31,327 bases of DNA, taken from positions 1 to 31,327 of IMG/VR virus record IMGVR_UViG_3300031787_000556. One strand, written 5' to 3'. The notes beneath the pieces were generated by a model. It saw nothing but the letters and a program-made list of their open reading frames with translations. It made no database searches and was not told the origin of the DNA. Positions 25,641-31,327 of the stretch are shown here, piece after piece. This DNA is from a virus (lineage: Duplodnaviria; Caudoviricetes). Each line of letters begins with the position of its first letter. The stretch's first letter is position 1. The translations under genes were made by a program, and so were the position numbers.

Positions 25641-27685
25641 CCGGCCCCTCCCGACGCATTGGGTGAAACGACGTTGGCCTGCTGCCCGCCTTTCGGCGCT
25701 CCGTCAGGCTGTGTCGGAACTGGTTTGCCGCCGCCCTGCGGTGGCTGTCCCTTCGACGGGCGCTGTACCAGCGCCAGCGTCTCGCGGGACGGAATGATGT
25801 CCTCAGTGGGCATCTGAAGGCTCTTGGCGACCTCGCGCAGCAGCGCGGCGCGGCCATCAGGACCCATGATCTCCATGTCGGCGGGGTTCGCCGTGGCATT
25901 GAGGAACTCAATGCGGCGCACATTCATCGTTTCGCGGTTGGCGAGATTGATGGCACCGCGCGGCATGATCTGGAGATCACCCTTGATGCTCTCATCCTCG
26001 TCATAACGCATGTTGTAGACGTACTGACGCTCCACGATGGGCTTGATCACGTCGGAGTCGATGTGCATGACCACCTGACGGATGCCCTTACCGGCGCTTC
26101 CCATGAGCATGGAGAGGCCAGAGGAGGTGCGGCCCGCGCCTTGGACGTTCAAATCACCGTACAGGTAGGCCGGAATGCCGGAATGCTCGTCGGCTAGGCG
26201 TGAGAACCTCTCGTAGACGCCCATGAGCATCTGAGCATTTGCTTCAGGCTGCGTAAAACGCACCGCTGGTGCGCTCGAACCAGTCGGATCGTTCGTGACC
26301 TGCCAAATCTTCCATGGGTAGATTTGCGTGATGTCTTCATTGGCCGGAATACGCTCCAGATTGACCTCAACTTGGGGTCCAGACGAGATGCCCATGTTGT
26401 TGACAAGGGCACGCGCAGCCGCATTGCAGATATTTTGCAGGTCTTCGATGATTTCGGGGATGCCTTTACCCCAAAATGCGCCCGGACACTTGATGAACGA
26501 GGTCTTGGCGTAGGGCTTTTCGCCCAACGGGTCGTAGTTGAGGACCGCTTTCAGCACGAAATTGCCGCAGACCCACACATTTGCGTCGTATTCGAGCGCC
26601 GCATCGGGCACTTCGTCCTCCGACATGCCCCATTCGCGCAGCATCGCACCGGAAACCTTGCCCCAGAACTCCAGAGCGTCGAAAATCTGCGTCGGGCGCA
26701 TCTCCGTATGGAACTTGCGCTCCTCTTCTTCCTTGATCAACTCAATGTCTTGGTTGATCCACGAGCTTCCGTTGCCCTCTTCGAGCAGTTTGCGGATGGC
26801 CGCGTCGTCGTAACCGGGCATTCCGATGAGATCGGAGAGCATTGTGCGGGTCAGCGGGTGGTGCTGGAAGCAATACCCATCCTGAATGCGGGTGATCCCC
26901 GGCTCCGGGTAGAAGTAGAACGGATCGACGCGCTCATACTCAGGCGCGATCTTGTCCACCGGCACCGCCATGGTGCGCCCCGAGGCGTCCTTCTGCCAGC
27001 CCAGTGTGCGCTGGCGGCGCACGACGGGACCCTTGATGACAGCGGCGGGGTAGGTGACGAGGTCGGTGATGAAGTCGTTGAAGCTCTCGGCCCAGCCGCC
27101 CTCTGCGAACTGGTCGGAAATCTTGTGCTTCATCTTGTCGGCGCGGTTCTGCGCCGCCTGAAGCATCTTGAACCGGTACTCCTGCGACACCGCCTCCTTG
27201 GCCTCGGCCATCTCGGACGGCGTCATGGCGCGGAGTTCTTCCTGAAGCAGGCGGGCGACCATGTCAGCGAACGCCGCCTTGATCTCCTGTGTCTGTGTAG
27301 GTGACAGGTCGGGGATCGGCGTGGGCTGGATGTCCCACGGAGGTGTGCCTGTGTCGAGCAGGATGTCCCGCAGCCAGCTTTCGGCGGCGCGGCACTTCAC
27401 CTCGGTGATCATCATGTAGACTTCGGAGCCGCCCTGCTTCTGGATCGCATTGAGCTTCTCGGGTTCGTACTCACCGTTGCGCTGGCGCATGGCCCGCAGC
27501 ATGATGTCTTCGATTGGCTTCTTGGCGATCTTCGCCGCGTCCCAGCACTCGCGCAGATAATCCACGATGCCAAGCATGAGGGAACTGGACTGCCGTGCCT
27601 GAAGCTCACGGTCAATCTGTTCGCGTTCCTGCCGTGCAAGCTCGTCGTTCGAGACTACACGGAATATGCTCAACCCAGCAGCCAT
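25637..27685 (-). CDS. Portal protein
   Basis: 682 aa immediately after TerL. Motifs RVDPFYFYPEP, FWGKGIPEIIEDLQ..NAAARALVNN..SSGPQV and GRTSSGLSMLM. Confidence 0.88.
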   Translation of the reverse strand: MAAGLSIFRVVSNDELARQEREQIDRELQARQSSSLMLGIVDYLRECWDAAKIAKKPIEDIMLRAMRQRNGEYEPEKLNAIQKQGGSEVYMMITEVKCRAAESWLRDILLDTGTPPWDIQPTPIPDLSPTQTQEIKAAFADMVARLLQEELRAMTPSEMAEAKEAVSQEYRFKMLQAAQNRADKMKHKISDQFAEGGWAESFNDFITDLVTYPAAVIKGPVVRRQRTLGWQKDASGRTMAVPVDKIAPEYERVDPFYFYPEPGITRIQDGYCFQHHPLTRTMLSDLIGMPGYDDAAIRKLLEEGNGSSWINQDIELIKEEEERKFHTEMRPTQIFDALEFWGKVSGAMLREWGMSEDEVPDAALEYDANVWVCGNFVLKAVLNYDPLGEKPYAKTSFIKCPGAFWGKGIPEIIEDLQNICNAAARALVNNMGISSGPQVEVNLERIPANEDITQIYPWKIWQVTNDPTGSSAPAVRFTQPEANAQMLMGVYERFSRLADEHSGIPAYLYGDLNVQGAGRTSSGLSMLMGSAGKGIRQVVMHIDSDVIKPIVERQYVYNMRYDEDESIKGDLQIMPRGAINLANRETMNVRRIEFLNATANPADMEIMGPDGRAALLREVAKSLQMPTEDIIPSRETLALVQRPSKGQPPQGGGKPVPTQPDGAPKGGQQANVVSPNASGGAG

Positions 27686-27693
27686 GGTTTACA

Positions 27694-27722
27694 GTTGTAG
27701 AGGATTTGTGCTGTGGTTGCAA
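27694..27722 (-). promoter_or_regulatory. Putative sigma70-like promoter for the portal/head operon
   Basis: TTGCAA-N17-TACAAC ending 8 nt before the portal ATG, directly downstream of a terminator. Confidence 0.55.
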
Positions 27723-27727
27723 TACCC

Positions 27728-27761
27728 AAAAGAAAAAGGCCCTCGACGGTAGGCGAGGGCC
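27728..27761 (-). terminator. Intrinsic terminator after terL
   Basis: GGCCCTCG-N8-CGAGGGCC followed by TTTTTCTTTT. Confidence 0.85.
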
Positions 27762-27807
27762 AAGTCACAGGGGTTGGTCTCATGGGAGGAAACCGAGGTG
27801 GAAGCTA

Positions 27808-29196
27808 TCACGTCCAGCCTGCGGCGGCAAGCACCTTGACCTCGCGCCGCGCCTGAAGGGCCGCACCCTCACCCGCCGTGGCGATGTGCAGCATCAGGTA
27901 CTGCAAGGCTTCTGCAACGTGTGAGTGTTTGTTCTTATCGATATCGCTGTCGCCCTTGGGTTTGTAGCGATATCCGCCCATCATTGCAGCCTTAAGCTGT
28001 GTACATCTGGGGTCCACGAGGAAGGCCGGGTCGCCGTCCACCTGCCGCATGAGGTAGTCATCCACCGCGTTGATACGCGCGGAGATAGAATTTGTCCGCG
28101 CCGGGATGACCTTCAGCCCTTCGGCCTTGATGATGTCCACCGCCGACCTCTCGTCCGTCTGCGCCCGCTGGATGCCAGCGGGGTCTGTAACGACGAGAAT
28201 GGGCGACCCCGAAAACCGCTCGAAGAGCAGTGGCTTGAGGATTTGGCGCACGAACCGCTGGACCCCCATGTCGAAGCTGACCGCCTCGGCAAGGACGAGC
28301 GCCCGCCCGCGCGGGTCCTGCTGACCGATGACAGCAGCAGGCGTAAGGCCCAAGTCCATGCCCACCACAATGGGACGCACGCCATTGGCAATATGGCGAA
28401 GACACTCAGAGGCCATGTGATAATCAGTACGGAAGTACTTATACACAGGCATACCCGCCGAACTGAGGCCGTACTCACCGTCGATGTAAACCCGGATGTA
28501 CTCATCTGAGCGTCCTTGGGTGTCGTAGTAACCATCGGGGAGATTTTCGATGTTCTCGGCGTAGGGACTGCGGCCTGACGGCTGCTTGAACACAGCCCAG
28601 CCGTTGTCGTTGGGGCTGACGCCGTCCTTCGGGTCCAGCTTCTCCATCTGATAGTACCACCATGTGTCCATGGTGGGCGGGTTGGTGTCGCCCCACATCC
28701 CGTGCCACGTCGGCCCGCCGTCCTTCGCGGACGGGAAACGGCCAATACGCTTGGACATGGCGTCCACGATGTCAGGGTGGATGTCCCGGCACTCGTTGAA
28801 CCACGCGAAGGTCAGTTCGAGCGAGTTGAGGTTCGCCACATCGTCCGCGTCGTCCAGCGCACGGAACATGATCTCGCACTCGACGTTGCCGACCTTGAAG
28901 TAGTAGGTCTTCGTGGTGCGCATGTACTCGCCGCACACCCCCGGTGGGAACCAGTCGAGGAAGGTCTTGATGGTGGTATCTTGGAGTTGTCGTGCCGTCT
29001 CGCGGACGACCGCCGCGCGGGTCTTCCTGATACCTTGGGCGTTAGGCTTTTGCAGGCTGGCCCTGCGCACGATCTCAAAGGAACAGGTTACGCTCTTCCC
29101 CGAACCTACCGGTCCCATGAGCGTGCGCATCTTGGAGTTATCCTCCATGAAGAGCTTGCCGGTGGGCGGCGGCGTGTAGTTGATCTCAAGTCCCAT
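27808..29196 (-). CDS. terL: Terminase large subunit
   Basis: Walker A GPVGSGKS, Walker B-like FAWFNECRD, coupling motif DTNPP, and nuclease motifs GMDLG, DPAG and SHVAEALQY. Confidence 0.93.
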   Translation of the reverse strand: MGLEINYTPPPTGKLFMEDNSKMRTLMGPVGSGKSVTCSFEIVRRASLQKPNAQGIRKTRAAVVRETARQLQDTTIKTFLDWFPPGVCGEYMRTTKTYYFKVGNVECEIMFRALDDADDVANLNSLELTFAWFNECRDIHPDIVDAMSKRIGRFPSAKDGGPTWHGMWGDTNPPTMDTWWYYQMEKLDPKDGVSPNDNGWAVFKQPSGRSPYAENIENLPDGYYDTQGRSDEYIRVYIDGEYGLSSAGMPVYKYFRTDYHMASECLRHIANGVRPIVVGMDLGLTPAAVIGQQDPRGRALVLAEAVSFDMGVQRFVRQILKPLLFERFSGSPILVVTDPAGIQRAQTDERSAVDIIKAEGLKVIPARTNSISARINAVDDYLMRQVDGDPAFLVDPRCTQLKAAMMGGYRYKPKGDSDIDKNKHSHVAEALQYLMLHIATAGEGAALQARREVKVLAAAGWT

Positions 29197-29359
29197 TGAG
29201 CAGGTCGATCCTATATTCGAGGCCGCGCTTGCGCGTCTTGATGATCCGTGTACGGAAGGACAGGTTGTTGTCCCTCAACTGGCTCTCGACTTCAGCGGCG
29301 GCAAGGGGTGACGTGAACACCGCACAACCACGGTCGTCAAATAGACTCAGCAGGCTCAT
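29186..29359 (-). CDS. Small hypothetical protein between terS and terL
   Basis: 57 aa from ATG 29359 (MSLLSLFDDRG...RKRGLEYRIDLLNGT). It overlaps both terminase genes and fills the gap between them. Confidence 0.6.
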   Translation of the reverse strand: MSLLSLFDDRGCAVFTSPLAAAEVESQLRDNNLSFRTRIIKTRKRGLEYRIDLLNGT

Positions 29360-29786
29360 GTTCGACAACGCGCATCTCCTGCGAGGTTCCACCGAGATTG
29401 ATCGTGATCGACACACCACCAGTGCTTTCTGGCGCGTCACCCTTGACCTCCAGTCCTGCCCACTTGACGGTGGACTTGATCAGGTCGGCCTTGACGGCGG
29501 CGCTGACATCCGGGTGGTGGATGAGAGACCATGAGGTCGTGAGAAGTTCCTCGGCCTGTGCGCGTGCCTTCAGCCGGAAGGTGATGCCCTTCTCGCGGAT
29601 TTCATCCCGGTAGTGCTTGACCTTCTTGTCGAACACCGGGTCCTTGGAGATGTCCGCGAGTTCGGAAGAGGACAGGCTATGCCGCGCAAGGATTTCCGGC
29701 AGGTCCTCGCCACTGCCCTCCAGCTTGAGGGCAATGTCAAAGCAGAGACGGTCGGTCCACTTGGTGTACTCGACGGGTGCGAACAT
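29337..29786 (-). CDS. Putative terminase small subunit
   Basis: 149-aa helical protein upstream of terL, ending in a GGVSITINLG beta-strand typical of TerS C-termini. Confidence 0.7.
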   Translation of the reverse strand: MFAPVEYTKWTDRLCFDIALKLEGSGEDLPEILARHSLSSSELADISKDPVFDKKVKHYRDEIREKGITFRLKARAQAEELLTTSWSLIHHPDVSAAVKADLIKSTVKWAGLEVKGDAPESTGGVSITINLGGTSQEMRVVEHEPAESI

Positions 29787-29794
29787 GGGGAGGG

Positions 29795-29823
29795 AAGGTA
29801 ACCTGCGGGTGCGGTAGTGTCAA
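29795..29823 (-). promoter_or_regulatory. sigma70-type promoter for the terminase operon
   Basis: TTGACA-N17-TACCTT, followed by CCCTCCCC and the ATG. Confidence 0.7.
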
Positions 29824-30045
29824 GTCAGTGCGTTTTTGGAACGGCCGAGCCGGGGAAGTTGTAAGTTAATGTTAACAATGGTTTTTGGGGTCTTGCTTTG
29901 AGAGGTTGCCTACAAATGGGGGGCCGGTCGGATTTTCTTGTCCATGTACCCCCGGTGCCCTGCTTCCGCCGCGCCGCGCGGCGATTGCGCGGCGATTGCG
30001 CCTGCTCATTGGCAAGCGCCGAATTGCTTGGATTGCCACGCCGAT

Positions 30046-30074
30046 TTGACAATCTGGTATGGATATGCCACATT
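30046..30074 (+). promoter_or_regulatory. sigma70-type promoter for the small plus-strand operon
   Basis: TTGACA-N17-CACATT with an extended -10 TG. The predicted start near 30081 coincides with the base of a hairpin. Confidence 0.6.
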
Positions 30075-30153
30075 GGAGTCACTGGAAAGCAGATGCCTTC
30101 CAGTGTCGGCAGGGCAATCCTGCCCTGCTGATTGACATCGTAAGGAGACTAAA

Positions 30154-30438
30154 ATGTCCAAGGACAATTCCTCGAACGGCTCCACCGTCAAGAAGGCAAT
30201 CGAGCCGATCACTTTCGTGATCGAGCTTACGGCAGATCGAGTGAACGAGAACGGCACGTTCTCGGGTATCAAGATCGGCTCCATCAAGTCCACGGTTAAG
30301 GACTTGTCTGGTCACCTTCGAGTGTCCTGCCCGCCAATGGGCGGCGGCAAGATGTTTCTGATCACCGACACCCTGAAGGGCGTCAAGGTGCTCGGAGAGA
30401 TCGGGACGGCAAAGCCGGAAAAGAAGAAGTTGTTCTAA
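30154..30438 (+). CDS. Hypothetical protein (94 aa, beta-rich, basic)
   Basis: TAAGGAG RBS and genome-typical codons. First gene after the promoter. Confidence 0.85.
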   Translation: MSKDNSSNGSTVKKAIEPITFVIELTADRVNENGTFSGIKIGSIKSTVKDLSGHLRVSCPPMGGGKMFLITDTLKGVKVLGEIGTAKPEKKKLF

Positions 30439-30501
30439 CACCAACGGGTCCCGCCTCCGGGCGGGACCTACCTTCCTCAACCTCAACAAAGGACCAAGAC
30501 C

Positions 30502-30657
30502 ATGAGAAAGACCATTGCCGTGGAAATTTCCACGAAGCGCGGCACCCGCCGCGTCCTGCAAACCGTGTACGTCGAAGTGCGGGCGAGGAACATCGCTGAG
30601 TTCCTCAAGCGCATCCAGATGAGGCACAAGCTCAAGGCTCGAATTGTGGAAGGCTGA
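30502..30657 (+). CDS. 51-aa basic hypothetical protein (not in the ORF track)
   Basis: AAAGGA RBS. MRKTIAVEISTKRGTRRVLQTVYVEVRARNIAEFLKRIQMRHKLKARIVEG*. Confidence 0.75.
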   Translation: MRKTIAVEISTKRGTRRVLQTVYVEVRARNIAEFLKRIQMRHKLKARIVEG

Positions 30658-30712
30658 CACCAACGGAGAGCGGGAATGGTCCCGCTCTCCAACTTCTTTG
30701 AAAGGACAGCAC

Positions 30713-30787
30713 ATGCTTCTGACCCTCGGGTTCTACCTCGTGTTCATCTGCACAGGATATCTCTGGGTGTTCCACTGGAACGATTGA
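30713..30787 (+). CDS. 24-aa hydrophobic membrane peptide (not in the ORF track)
   Basis: AAAGGA RBS. MLLTLGFYLVFICTGYLWVFHWND* ends immediately before the terminator. Confidence 0.6.
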   Translation: MLLTLGFYLVFICTGYLWVFHWND

Positions 30788-30792
30788 CCCTG

Positions 30793-30823
30793 ACCCCTCT
30801 GGCTTCGGCTGGAGGGGTTTTTT
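30793..30823 (+). terminator. Intrinsic terminator with a C(UUCG)G loop
   Basis: ACCCCTCTGGC-TTCG-GCTGGAGGGGT followed by a T run. Confidence 0.9.
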
Positions 30824-30939
30824 GTTGCCTGCGTTTTGACCTGCCGCGCCTGTGGCGTTGGGGGGTTTTGCCCTCACTTCGTTCGGCCATACGTCGGGGG
30901 CCTATAGCTTGCCGTAAAAAGGTGAACTCTTAAGTCCTC

Positions 30940-31320
30940 TGGCTATCTTACAACCTAAGCCCCTTATGTAAACCCGATTATAACTTTACACTCAATGATT
31001 TCAAGCACTTAGCGCCAACTATCTGCGATTTGGGCTGTGCTAGATGTAAAATCTGTAGCTAACTTTACACGAACAAAGAGGGAATACTTTACAGTATAAT
31101 TCCCGAAAGACCAATGAAACCAAGGACTTAGCAAAATACCAGAGCGTCTATCTATCTATACTATCTAACTATCTGTATATTATTAAGAGTCACTCACCTT
31201 TTTTTTTTTCATATACTCTACTAAGACACTAGGACTTTACACTCCTAACCCGCCTCACCTTCCCAAGTTACCCCCACATTAACAGAAAAAACACAGATAG
31301 TTCAGATAGTACAGATAGCA
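30940..31320. repeat. AT-rich non-coding region with several short repeat families (origin-like)
   Basis: ACTTTACA occurs four times. CTATCT(G) copies on the left face three CAGATAG copies on the right. There is a T11 run and two CAATGA-N4-AAG-N-ACTTAGC-like copies. Confidence 0.7.
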
Positions 31321-31327
31321 CCCAATA

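Noticed and set aside
30132-30137. Second TTGACA just before the RBS of 30154
   Set aside because: A -10 at 17-bp spacing would fall on the start of the coding sequence and does not match consensus.
30079-30714. 211-aa minus-strand ORF and neighbouring minus-strand ORFs
   Set aside because: Antisense to three plus-strand genes that have clear RBSs, a promoter and a terminator.

Overview
This window is about 31 kb of a GC-rich dsDNA tailed bacteriophage with a podovirus-type layout: no tape measure, tube or sheath gene, and large ejection-type proteins instead. From about 29790 down to position 1 it is one minus-strand morphogenesis region. In gene order: terminase small and large subunits, portal, scaffold, major capsid, a cluster of five tiny Lys-rich genes, head-tail adaptors, tail fibre/appendage genes (one with ~17 tandem 21-aa repeats), an embedded lysis cassette with an M15 peptidase endolysin, a nozzle-like protein, three ejection proteins, and a giant ORF. 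The giant ORF (5665 to <1, at least 1888 aa) is missing from the supplied ORF track because its stop lies outside the window. It contains a zincin motif (HEAIGH...EEY) split by a low-GC insert that begins with a perfect twin-arginine motif, and it hides a +1-frame nested gene with a perfect Shine-Dalgarno. The right end holds a divergent promoter region, a self-contained plus-strand operon of three tiny genes with repeated hairpin spacers, and an AT-rich origin-like repeat region. Family names come from motif recognition only; no searches were run.
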